From positions 6,669 through 70,668 of the IMG/VR virus record IMGVR_UViG_3300014204_000016: a stretch of 64,000 bases of DNA. One strand, written 5' to 3'. The notes beneath the pieces were generated by a model. The model was not told the origin of the DNA. It was given only the letters and a program-made list of their open reading frames with translations, and did no database searches. Origin of the DNA: a virus (taxonomy: Duplodnaviria; Caudoviricetes). Below are positions 52,930-63,700 of the stretch, in pieces. The position numbers were made by a program, and so were the translations under genes. How positions within the stretch are numbered: position 1 is the first letter of the stretch; every line of letters starts with the position of its first letter.

Positions 52930-55900
52930 ATGACGGTAGAAAAAGAAATTAGGATAAAACTTACCCCTGAAATGCAGGCTCTTAAAAAAGAGCTTGACGA
53001 TAGAAATAAGCAAATTAAGGCGCTCGGTAAAGAAATAGAAGCTACGCAGAAAAAGTTAGATGCGCTCGGAAAGGAATATGATAAAAAATCAAGTTCCTCT
53101 AAAATGACACAAGAGGAAACGAATGCCTACGCAAAACTTGCCGGTAGAATAAACGAAGCTATTGCCAAAAAGAAAGCCGAAGTCGAGGCGCTTAAACAGG
53201 CGCAAATAGCAACCATAGAAAGTATCAATATCGAAAAAGCCAAAACCATAGAATTAAAGGCTGAAAAAAAGGCGCTTGCGGCGGTAGAGAAAGAGCAATC
53301 GAAACAAAAGATAGCCGATAAGAAAAAAGAGACTGCGGCTGTAATAACCGAAGACAAAAAACAAATAGACTCTGCGAGAAAAAGAAATACAGAAGTTTCA
53401 AAACCCGATGCTATCATGGAGGGTAAAACGAATAAAAAGGGACAAATAGCGTTTGTCCCGGCTGCCCCTGCTGCTAAAGATACCGTATATAAATCATTTG
53501 CAAAAGAAATCAAGGCTGAACAGGTAGCACTATTAGATAATTATTTGGCAATGGAAAAAGGCAGTTCATCAATGGCGAATTACCGCGCCGGTACAGAAAA
53601 ATTAATAGGGACAATTAATAAACTTCGGCAAGAAGCCAAAGAAACGGGGAAGGATACAGAGCTTTCAAATGCGCAATTAGCGAGCCTTTTGAAATCGATA
53701 AAGGGCTTAGATTCTTTAATGAATCAGGTAGCAAAGGGATCGCTCCAAGACCTCGGGGCCGCAAATAAGAACAATGAAATAACGGCAAAACAATGGAGGG
53801 CTGAATTAGATAAATTAGAAGGGGCATTCACGGCCACAAACAGCCTTCAAAAAATATGGCTTGCGGAATCAGTTAAGGCCAATTCAGCTATCGATGCGGA
53901 AATAAAATTAGACGAAAGAAAACTGGCGCTTAAAAAGAAACTCGCCGCTGAAAACCTAACGTCTTTCAATAAACAGTTGCGCGAAATACAACAGGAAATA
54001 CCGCTTACCGGAATAGATGCGGCTGTAGCGCGATTGAATGACATGAAGGGACGGGCAAGGGAATTAGAGGGCGGCTTAGAAAAACTATATCTTGCTATAT
54101 ATAAAATCGACACTAGATTGCGCACTGAAAGCCTCAATCAATTACGGCTAAAACTTGAAGGGCTGAACATAGCATTTAAGAATACCGGAAGCGTGGAGCA
54201 TTACAGGCGTTTGCTTTTTGCATTGAGAGAAGACGCGGAGAAAATGGGCTTGGGCGAACAGGGCTTTAATATGATTGATAAGGCAATCATAAAACTGGAT
54301 GAAACACTCGCTCGATCCGTTCCCACGATCAACCAGTTCAAAGAGGCCATGAACAAGCTGCAAGCGGCTTACTATGGAAAGGAAATAACGCAGAAGCAAC
54401 TAATTGAAGGTTACGAAAAAATGCGCTCCGAAATGAAATTAACTACGGAGCAAACAAAGATATTAAACAAAGCTATTTTTGACGCAGAGAAAAAAATAGG
54501 AACAATGGCGCATTCGATGGGGTTTTTAGGGCAAACCGCAAAAACGGCATGGCATCATTTCCAGTGGATGTTGTCGGGCGCTTTAATTATGCCGTTTTAC
54601 AATCTTCCATCACAGATATTAACTACTGTTACGGAACTTGATAAATCATTCGCAAAACTGCGCTCTGTCTTCCAGTTAGAGCCGAAATATGCCGGTGATT
54701 TACAAAAGATAAATGACATAATGAAAGATTTGTCTGGATGGTCATATAAATTTTCACGTTATTACGGAGAAGACATAACCAAAGTAAACAATGTCATGTT
54801 TACGGCGGCACAAAGGTACAAGAATACGGCTGATATTATTATCGTTTCAAACGCGGCAATGAAATTATCGCTTCTCGACTTCAATGATAATGTCGAAACA
54901 AGCATGACAAACCTCATGGCTGTAATGGCGCAGTTTGATATAGGCCCGAAATTCGCGGAAGACGTTGTTAATAAAGTTATCATTGCCGGGAATGCCGTAT
55001 CTGCAACAGCCGGTGACATCATAGAGGGCTTAAAGAGAAGTGCAAGCGTTATCAGGCAAGTTGGGGGTGACTTAGATTTAGCTATTTCAATCATAGCGGT
55101 ATCTCTGGATCGGTCTGGCGAATCGGCTGAAACGATGGGCAATACGTGGAAAACACTTGCTCAAAGAATGTCCTCTGGTAGAGTCGGAGCATTCCTAAAA
55201 GAAAAGAAAATAGAGCTGTTTGAAACGGCGGGGCAGGCGCGGGATTTCAATGTTGTTTTACAGGAAATGCTTGTAATGTATTCGAAGTTAAGTGACCGGC
55301 AGCGCAATGAATTTACAACTATGGTGGCCGGAGTAAGACAGGGGAATAGGCTTGTAAATTTATTAAGAAAAGATTGGAAAGAATTATATGAAACAATTTC
55401 AAAAGCGTCTCCGGAAGAACTACAAAAAATGGTTTCTCCGGCAGTAGCTACGCAAATAGAATCAGTGGCGCGCAGAATGAAGTCATTATCTCAAGTGTGG
55501 GCAGCGTTTGTTTTTCACATCATGGGCAGTGAGAGCGCAAGGGTAGTGGCGGCAAAACTTTTCAACCTAATAATTAATTCCATCGACTTCATGGAAAAAC
55601 ATTGGGACTCAATAATAAAGTGGGCAAAATATCTTACCGCTGTAGGCGCGGCTTATTTATATGTAAATACATGTATCAGATTAGCAAACGGAGCAATGTT
55701 AATATCGGCTGCATTGACGGCAACATTAGGCAGTGTGCGCGGCTTCCTCGGAATGGGCGCGGCCGCAACAACGGCGGCGGGTGGCGTAAAGGCTTTAAGC
55801 GGAGCCGTGGCGGGGCTTTCGGCGGCAATGTCAGCAAACCTCGTGGTTCTTGGATCGGCTGTTACTCTTATGGCTCAAATGGTCGCAATGAAGGGCGCCA

Positions 55901-58900
55901 TGAATCTCATGGGCGGGAATAAGATCAAGGCCGAAATAAAAGACAAGTGGACTACCAAAAATGAAAGTGTAGAGAATATACAGGCTGAAATTAATTTACG
56001 AAAACAGAGAAGGGATATTATAAAAGACGAAACAAAGTCAGAAAAGGAAAGAGCGATACAGGCCAAAGCGCTAAAGGATCAAGCTTCTTTCGGATATTCA
56101 GACGCGGGGCTTAAAAAACTGCTTAAAGAAGAAAAAGACAAACGGGGTCATTTAAGGGCTGCTTATACAGAAGCACAAAAAATGACAGAAACTAATCCTG
56201 TAAAAATCCTCAAAGATATAGGTAAAGGCGTTCAAGAGTCATTATTCAGTCCGAAGGGTTGGCGCATGGATATGGATGCAATGTTGGCCGATGCTAAAAA
56301 ACTCGCAAGCATCGGAACTACAGACATAAAAAATCCCAATGCAGACGATCCGGGATATGGACCAACGGGCAAGGATAAAAAAGGCAAAAAGGGGAATGTT
56401 TATACATTCGAAGAACAATATAAAGACAAGTTGCAATTAATACAGGATTATTTAGATAAGCTCGAAAAAGCCAATTCGAAAACAATGCAACTATTCGAAA
56501 GAAACACCGAAGAAGCGCGAAAATCACTGGTTGGCTTTTTCGGAGAAATGGTAAATAGCGAAGACGTAAAAGCCTATCACGATACGCTGAATAGCGTCTA
56601 TATAAGATTGCAAAATTCAGTAAGAACAGAACGCATTTTGATAGATGATTATTCAGAAGCATTAAAGACGCTTCAAAAGAATAAGGATGAAGTTGATAAA
56701 AAGCTCGCAACTACAAGTCCGGACAAGGAATTGCGCGGTAAACTTGAACAGTCGAGCCGTGATTATCAGAAAGCAATCGATGATGTGTTGGAGAAACAGG
56801 ATAAGGCCCGAGACGAAATTTATAAAATGCAAGAAACCGCAAAGGACATGATAAAGGAATCTGCGGAAGCTACGGTTAAAGGGCTTGGGGATACATATAA
56901 AAGTTTAACAGAGGCAAACGATAAACTTCTGGACGATGGCAAAATAACGCCGCATCAGTGGCAACAGAATTGGCACAAAGCAACGCAGGCGCTTGTAGCC
57001 GATTTCGAGCCGCTACAGCAGATAATGAAAGAAGGATATGCCGCGAATCCGCGCGCGTACATTACTGCTCAAGATGCCTTGATAAAAGAACTGCAAAAAG
57101 CCGATGTTACAAAAGCCGAAAATGCAAAAGCGCTTGAAGACGCAGTAACCAAAAAGTTAGCGGCTGAAATGTTTATGGAGAATGTAACATTAAAGCAAAT
57201 ATCTCTCGAAAAATCTTTAGCCAATGATGTTTACCCGCGGCAATATGAAACCCTGAAACGAAAGCACGAATTACAAAAGGCGCAGATAAATCTTTCAGGG
57301 CGTGAAAGCCTGACCATTGCAGAACAGGAAAAACAGGCTAAAGAATCTCTCGCGCTATTGGGCAAGAGAATGATATTGGCGATAAGCCTCAATAACAAAG
57401 AAGAAGCTCATGCTCTGCTTATGGAGGCATTCGGAATTAAGCAATCAATTTACGATGCTAAAAAGGCGGAAGCGGCTGCCGTTCTTAACCATCACTATGA
57501 CAGACAGTTAAAATCTCTTGAAGAACAATATTCATGGAAAACGACAATGGCGCGTGACGATCAGAAAGACGATCTTGCGCTAATTAATAATATGATGAAG
57601 AAAGAAATTCTCTTGAATAAACAGGCCGAACTTTATAGCAAATTGAATTTCAGCCTGACGGATAACCAGAGAATAGTAGATGAAGAATGGCAAGCATACG
57701 AATCGCTTACTGACGAAATAGAGGCTTTGAATATCGAATTGGCTTCACAAGTTCCCATATTAAAAGAAATTCAAGAGGCTTCGAACACGGCATTTAATTC
57801 GATGAAGGAGAATATAAAATCGACATTTACGGACCTGTTTGATTCGACAAAGAATTTAGGCGAAACGATTACCGGGATGTTTCAGCGACAGGGCGAGATA
57901 ATGAAAACGACAATCATAAACGCTCTGACGGAAGCATTCACGATGAAGTATAAAGGAGCAATCGGAGGATTCGCGGATTCACAAGGCGCGATTACTGCCG
58001 GGATATTTAATCTTCTCGGATTGAAGGCGCCGGAAGAACAGGAGAAAGCCGAAAAGATATGGAACTCGGTTTACGATAAGAGCGCCGGGGCTTTACGCGT
58101 AACCTTTGCCTCGAAAGATACTGCCGGCGGCGGGATAATGTCGTCGCTTATTAATTCTACCATTTCATCAGCTCTCGGCACTTCTGGCGCCGGCGGATCA
58201 TCAGGCGGAATATTGGCGGGGCTATTAGGGATTTCAGGCGGTAAGTCGGGGAAAATATCAGGGGCTGCCGGCGGCGGTGGAGTACACGGCGGTAAAACGG
58301 CGGCTGCACTTGGGATCATTTCTCAATTAATTGCGTCCGGAGACAGTTCGGGCGGTTGGGCGTCGAGTCTCGGGGGAATGCTCGGGCAGGCGGCCGGCGA
58401 AGCAACGGGCGGCGTTTTCGGTTCGATATTCGGCGGCCTCGGGACACTTGGCGGTCCAGTAGGGACATTGATAGGTACATTACTTGGTACGGCGGGATCA
58501 AACGCTCTCGGAGTCGGGCGCGGCCAACAGCGGCGGGACGTAATGCAGGGACAGCAGGAACAGCGCGCGGCCACGACTGCCGACATTAAATCCCGCTACG
58601 AATCTCTCGGCATGGCCGTATCTGATACTCAATTAGGAATACCGGAATATATCGAGCGCTCTGAACGGTCAAAGGGCGGCCTCTCTGGTACGTCCCGATG
58701 GTATGAGGATAATGGAGTCGCACAGGCTCTTGATTTAGCAAACCGCAAAATAGCACAAATTGAAGAATCGATAAAGATATATGAAACAGCAGTAAAGGAC
58801 ATGAATAATGCTCTGGCTATGGGCGCGACACGGTTTAATATTGCGGGACAAGCAATAGGACAGACAATAGGCGGGTGGCAAACCAAAACCGATGCAATGA

Positions 58901-59631
58901 GGGCCGGCGGTTCTTACCGTGAATGGACAATCGGAACGGCTGAATCAATATTTGGCCCGGGCGGGACACTTGGGCAGAACATAGCGGATACAAACGCATC
59001 CTTTAATTCTCTGACAAGCCAAATCGATTTACTGAAATATCAGTTGAATCAAATGGCTATTGCCGGCGCCGAAGAATCTGACGCTTTCAAAGAAGCTGCT
59101 CAAAACTTGCTTGAATTAACACAGACGAAATATTGGAACGATATACGGCGGGGGATTTCTGAAAGCGAATTGTTAAAGCCTTTCGGATTGACAACGGATC
59201 AGACAACAGCGGACGCCACGGCTAAAGCGATACGGGCGGCTTTCGGACTAGCAGAAGGAACGATAATTGATAAGGCGCAGCTACAAACTCTTGCACAGGC
59301 GATAGTGCAGGCTGAAATAATGGCGCAGAACGGGGAATTGACCGGGACTGCCGCGGAACAGGTGAATCAGCAATGGGAACTAATCACGGAAATGATAAGT
59401 TTGATAGACACGATTTCAACAAGCCAATTAGGGGAAGCGGCGGTAGGATCGGCGGCGAACCTCGGGGAAGCGATAAGCGGATCGGCACAGGTCGTACAGA
59501 ACGACATAACTTTCGCCGTGAGCGCAGAAAACTTCTTTGCAACACAGTCGGAAATGCAGAATATAGCGCGGGAAATGCTTTTGATGATGAAGAAACAGAA
59601 TTGGGTTAATCCGGCGGTTATAAACATTTAA
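52930..59631 (+). CDS. tape measure protein (TP901-like core)
   Basis: 2233 aa, helical; ELDKSFAKLRSV, GESAETMGNTWKTLAQR; Gly-rich TM-like C-terminal region. Confidence 0.95.
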   Translation: MTVEKEIRIKLTPEMQALKKELDDRNKQIKALGKEIEATQKKLDALGKEYDKKSSSSKMTQEETNAYAKLAGRINEAIAKKKAEVEALKQAQIATIESINIEKAKTIELKAEKKALAAVEKEQSKQKIADKKKETAAVITEDKKQIDSARKRNTEVSKPDAIMEGKTNKKGQIAFVPAAPAAKDTVYKSFAKEIKAEQVALLDNYLAMEKGSSSMANYRAGTEKLIGTINKLRQEAKETGKDTELSNAQLASLLKSIKGLDSLMNQVAKGSLQDLGAANKNNEITAKQWRAELDKLEGAFTATNSLQKIWLAESVKANSAIDAEIKLDERKLALKKKLAAENLTSFNKQLREIQQEIPLTGIDAAVARLNDMKGRARELEGGLEKLYLAIYKIDTRLRTESLNQLRLKLEGLNIAFKNTGSVEHYRRLLFALREDAEKMGLGEQGFNMIDKAIIKLDETLARSVPTINQFKEAMNKLQAAYYGKEITQKQLIEGYEKMRSEMKLTTEQTKILNKAIFDAEKKIGTMAHSMGFLGQTAKTAWHHFQWMLSGALIMPFYNLPSQILTTVTELDKSFAKLRSVFQLEPKYAGDLQKINDIMKDLSGWSYKFSRYYGEDITKVNNVMFTAAQRYKNTADIIIVSNAAMKLSLLDFNDNVETSMTNLMAVMAQFDIGPKFAEDVVNKVIIAGNAVSATAGDIIEGLKRSASVIRQVGGDLDLAISIIAVSLDRSGESAETMGNTWKTLAQRMSSGRVGAFLKEKKIELFETAGQARDFNVVLQEMLVMYSKLSDRQRNEFTTMVAGVRQGNRLVNLLRKDWKELYETISKASPEELQKMVSPAVATQIESVARRMKSLSQVWAAFVFHIMGSESARVVAAKLFNLIINSIDFMEKHWDSIIKWAKYLTAVGAAYLYVNTCIRLANGAMLISAALTATLGSVRGFLGMGAAATTAAGGVKALSGAVAGLSAAMSANLVVLGSAVTLMAQMVAMKGAMNLMGGNKIKAEIKDKWTTKNESVENIQAEINLRKQRRDIIKDETKSEKERAIQAKALKDQASFGYSDAGLKKLLKEEKDKRGHLRAAYTEAQKMTETNPVKILKDIGKGVQESLFSPKGWRMDMDAMLADAKKLASIGTTDIKNPNADDPGYGPTGKDKKGKKGNVYTFEEQYKDKLQLIQDYLDKLEKANSKTMQLFERNTEEARKSLVGFFGEMVNSEDVKAYHDTLNSVYIRLQNSVRTERILIDDYSEALKTLQKNKDEVDKKLATTSPDKELRGKLEQSSRDYQKAIDDVLEKQDKARDEIYKMQETAKDMIKESAEATVKGLGDTYKSLTEANDKLLDDGKITPHQWQQNWHKATQALVADFEPLQQIMKEGYAANPRAYITAQDALIKELQKADVTKAENAKALEDAVTKKLAAEMFMENVTLKQISLEKSLANDVYPRQYETLKRKHELQKAQINLSGRESLTIAEQEKQAKESLALLGKRMILAISLNNKEEAHALLMEAFGIKQSIYDAKKAEAAAVLNHHYDRQLKSLEEQYSWKTTMARDDQKDDLALINNMMKKEILLNKQAELYSKLNFSLTDNQRIVDEEWQAYESLTDEIEALNIELASQVPILKEIQEASNTAFNSMKENIKSTFTDLFDSTKNLGETITGMFQRQGEIMKTTIINALTEAFTMKYKGAIGGFADSQGAITAGIFNLLGLKAPEEQEKAEKIWNSVYDKSAGALRVTFASKDTAGGGIMSSLINSTISSALGTSGAGGSSGGILAGLLGISGGKSGKISGAAGGGGVHGGKTAAALGIISQLIASGDSSGGWASSLGGMLGQAAGEATGGVFGSIFGGLGTLGGPVGTLIGTLLGTAGSNALGVGRGQQRRDVMQGQQEQRAATTADIKSRYESLGMAVSDTQLGIPEYIERSERSKGGLSGTSRWYEDNGVAQALDLANRKIAQIEESIKIYETAVKDMNNALAMGATRFNIAGQAIGQTIGGWQTKTDAMRAGGSYREWTIGTAESIFGPGGTLGQNIADTNASFNSLTSQIDLLKYQLNQMAIAGAEESDAFKEAAQNLLELTQTKYWNDIRRGISESELLKPFGLTTDQTTADATAKAIRAAFGLAEGTIIDKAQLQTLAQAIVQAEIMAQNGELTGTAAEQVNQQWELITEMISLIDTISTSQLGEAAVGSAANLGEAISGSAQVVQNDITFAVSAENFFATQSEMQNIAREMLLMMKKQNWVNPAVINI

Positions 59632-59639
59632 GGTGAAAC

Positions 59640-60341
59640 ATGGCATACGTCAATCTTGAACAGCCAAGTAATCGAGCAATCACAAACGCAATGAATCCGA
59701 CATTTGGATTTAATTATTCTTTACTCACTGTAAGCATGGTGGGGATCGAAATTGCGACTGACCCGTTATTTACAACCGTGATAAGATTTACTTCTCCCGG
59801 AACTGACCCGACAGCATGGGCGGGGATCGACACTGGACAAAATAAGAGTATTTCATTTACGCTTTCCGATACTCTGGCGCTCCCGGATGGCGTTTATTAT
59901 TGGAGAGCATGGATATACGACACGGCAATATTTAATTTCCGGTATAGCGAAACAAGGACGTTGACGGTAGAGGACGCTACATACCGATGGCGGTTTAAGT
60001 ACGGCGTATTGAGTGAATATTTCAGACCGGCGCAGAATGGGATACTTACAACCACTGAATTAGTGGGCTGCCAAAGGTTGGAAAAACATACATTCAGAAT
60101 AACTTTTGCCCCGATGGTTCAGGCGCGAATGACGGCATTAAAATATTTCTTTGACCGGCCTGCCGGGTTTACGCTGTACGACAATAAGAATACGGCCTAT
60201 TTAGTATATTGGGGTGAATGTGAACGGAACATCAGGGGTGACGCTTTCCCGCCTGTAGAGCGCGAATTTGGCGTTATTCTGAATAATATAAAGGACGGCG
60301 CTTTAAGATGGGCCGGGACATGTATTCTCACGGAGAAATAA
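59640..60341 (+). CDS. distal tail-like protein: N-terminal Ig/Fn3-like domain + Dit-like domain
   Basis: Follows the TMP; GVYYWRAW motif; C-terminal half paralogous to the next gene. Confidence 0.65.
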   Translation: MAYVNLEQPSNRAITNAMNPTFGFNYSLLTVSMVGIEIATDPLFTTVIRFTSPGTDPTAWAGIDTGQNKSISFTLSDTLALPDGVYYWRAWIYDTAIFNFRYSETRTLTVEDATYRWRFKYGVLSEYFRPAQNGILTTTELVGCQRLEKHTFRITFAPMVQARMTALKYFFDRPAGFTLYDNKNTAYLVYWGECERNIRGDAFPPVEREFGVILNNIKDGALRWAGTCILTEK

Positions 60342-60713
60342 ATGCCTACTATCTATGATTGGAAAATTGGTTTAACCGGCGCACAAGTTATTTTCATTCC
60401 TGTGAATCCCGGCGTCGAGATCGAGATTAGAAAATACGGGCGCTCAAATGTGGATAAGAGGAAATTCAAAGTTACTTTTACCCACATGGATCAGGATAAA
60501 CGGGACGCCTTATACGCCGAATTCTCACGATATACTTCATTGAAACTACAGGATAATTTAGGCGTGAATTACGATGTTTATTGGGGTGAATGTGACCGGT
60601 CTTTGGACGGCACAGCGCATCAACCGGACAAACCTGTTTTTGGAATAGATAGAAGCAATATGATTGCGGGTGTGTTAAGATGGAGCGGAACGGCAATATT
60701 TACGGAGGTCTAA
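60342..60713 (+). CDS. distal tail-like protein (paralogue of the preceding C-terminal domain)
   Basis: Shared F.(I/V)TF..M ... VYWGEC(E/D)R ... G.LRW.GT.I.TE. Confidence 0.65.
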   Translation: MPTIYDWKIGLTGAQVIFIPVNPGVEIEIRKYGRSNVDKRKFKVTFTHMDQDKRDALYAEFSRYTSLKLQDNLGVNYDVYWGECDRSLDGTAHQPDKPVFGIDRSNMIAGVLRWSGTAIFTEV

Positions 60714-63700
60714 ATGCGCGGCAACATTGTTGACAATTATAAATTCATTCGCGGCTGCATGAGGCCGGAAGTAGATTTTACGGTTTATGATTTTGCAAAT
60801 GCTCCGGGCGGCGACGGAGTAGTTACATTCCCTGATATTTATTTGGACAATGTGCGAGATATGGCCGGTAATCTTATTCCCGACGGCACTATTTTTCACG
60901 GCAGTATTCAGTGCGCTCCCGGATGGGGGGGCGTTGTCACTGTTCAGACAATAGGATTGCCGGGGGGGGATGTTTTACTTAGGTCTAATTATCCCGGAAC
61001 TTCATGGATACCTTACGGCATTCCATGTGTCAATATTCCAATGGAGCCTGCGGGGGGATGGGGAAGTGGCTATGGGTTTATAGACTCTATTACTATACCG
61101 GCTGAACCATTCGTAACAAGCACAACATTCAGATGCCGTAAAAACCGCTCTGGCAAACTTCGGAAAATGTGTGTTCGCGCATTCATAAATTTCAGTGGTA
61201 CGCACGATAAATGGGCAATCGATTATTTAGGTGGTCCGGCATACTGCACGTTTGTAAATATCCCGTATTCTGGCTATACGCATTATCATGCTAAAATAGT
61301 TCGGTATCCGTTTGATCCTACGCATAAATATACTGTTGAATTTTACGATGATATGGGCAACTTTTGTTATGGAACTTCTGATCTTTTGGATTACGGAACT
61401 CCTTACACGCAATTCGAATTACAGGAATATATTGGCGGTACGGCTACAAACGGGACTATTTCGATAAACGTGCCTGCCGATCCCGGCGCCGATGTTCTTT
61501 TCGAAACTACCGTTGTAAGGTGGACCGTTGACGATCAATCTCCGAACCCGATAGATTACTTTGATATTTCTCCTTACTTCAAGGGGTCATTCAGAATTAC
61601 AGGGACAGAGAATGAAGCCATAGCGAGTAAAAGCATTCAGCGCAAAGTAAATATGACGCTTGATAATACAGACAATATTTTCGACTACAAAGTTTTTCAG
61701 GCTGCTTATAATCCTCTCCTTGTTCCGCCGGCGCTTAACGGGCCTTACGATACTGAAATATACACACAGACGGGCGGGGCAACCGGCGCCGGTAAGAAGC
61801 TCGGGAATATCAGGGCCGGACGCTTTGCTGTAGTTCAGGACGGTATCTATGACGATGCAAGCGCGTCTTGGATATGGAGAGATAAATTTAGGGGGCGACT
61901 CGGTGATCCTCAATATTCGCGTGTTGATAATACTGTTCAAATTACTCTTGATGATGAAACGGCTTATTACCGGAAAATAAAAACAGAAACGGATGTTTAT
62001 ATCAATAAGACATTCGAATATATATTTGCGGATCAGGCTGAAAGAAGACTTGGTTTTACAAGTGCAAATATTGTAGTTCCGACAACAAATATTTCAGCGC
62101 CTTTCGTTTACATGCCGGACTATGGAGAAACGGTATTCGATGCTTTAATTAAACTCGCGGAAGCTGTAGGCGGAAATATAGACTTAACGGAAGACGGCAA
62201 AATAGTTTGTTCTTCCCGTTTGGCCGATGGTGACGCTACATACCTATGGAATACCGGATTGATGCAAGATGATTGTCGGACACTCGCGGATAACACGGTT
62301 GATAATGTTGTCGATATTCAGGGCAGCTCAATTCTTTATAATCAGCAAATAATAAACCGCGTAACAATTACTTCGAAACCGTATAAGATTTCTCAAACAT
62401 CGGAAAAGGTATGGAAGTTCAAGGCATTCTACGATGATACTCTGGCAAAAAATACGGGATGGCTACAACCGAATCATTACTTTGGGGATGTGTGGGCGCA
62501 GAATCTTGTTTGCACAGGCACTACGGGCAAAGGGCCGGTCAAGCTAATTTCGAGAAGCAATCTTTTCGATACTACGCTTGTGAATAAATCTGTAATGATG
62601 ACAATTACGCAAGTTCCTCCGGCTGCACCGCCGGGGTTTATACGCGCGACATTCGTTTATGAGGGGACTACGTTTGCAAATATATTAGTTCCGGCTGATG
62701 CAACAACAGGATATGATATTGGAGCCGTCTTTGTCGCTTTGTCCGGCGCATGGATAATTCTGGAATCGGCGGCTAATATAACAGTTGGGGATCAGGCAGA
62801 ATTACAGCTTGGGATTAAATTCTATGCTGATTTTGGAAGTAGTTTCCGCGTAATGCCGAACCGCGGCGGGGCCATAACTCCACCGAATGACTATATGACG
62901 TTTGCGATTGTATCTTCAATCAGAGATTCAGCGGTACCGGCAAATGATTGGAAGCTCGAAAGAACGGCCAACTCAACAAATAATACTGTTACTGTTCCGG
63001 CAACCGATGGCCGTGTAGTTATGGCGCTTGATCCTTCAATATCAGGGGCTACGAATTACGAAACGCAAAATATCTTCTATGCGAATTCTCAATCCGGTGA
63101 CGCTTTTGCAAAAGTTCCGATTCTGATTGTAAACAAGGATACTTTGCCGCGATATGTTAATTCCTTTGAAATTTTCGGACGCCGGATAGTGGAACAGTCG
63201 AACATGGTAGTAGATGTCAAGGCAACCGATTTAGTTATAGAGGCTTTCGGCGGCGAACAGTTATTAACGATCGATAATAACTTCATTTCGAAACCTACGG
63301 ATCAGGAAAAACTTGCAAAATTCATCATAGATAATTACTCGGCGCCTCGGGATATTCCACAAGTTACAATGAAGCATCCACGGCCTTTTTTACAGGTTGG
63401 GGATCGTGTTAAGAATATCGACAATTATACCGGAGTAGAGCGCGAATTTGTAATTAACGACATCGATGAAACGTACACTTCTGAAAACGTCCAAATGGTT
63501 TTGAAGCTCCGGGAAGCTGATGCCGGTAACGGCGCTTATGACCCTACAGGCTCATTCTCTGAATCGATTGTAATAAATCTTGTTGATTATACAAAGCTAG
63601 AGACAACCGTTGATACAACAAAGGGCGCAACGTCCACGGAAGTAAAGCGGGATATTTATAACATGCGCGGGATCAGTTATCACGGAAGACAATTCAATTT

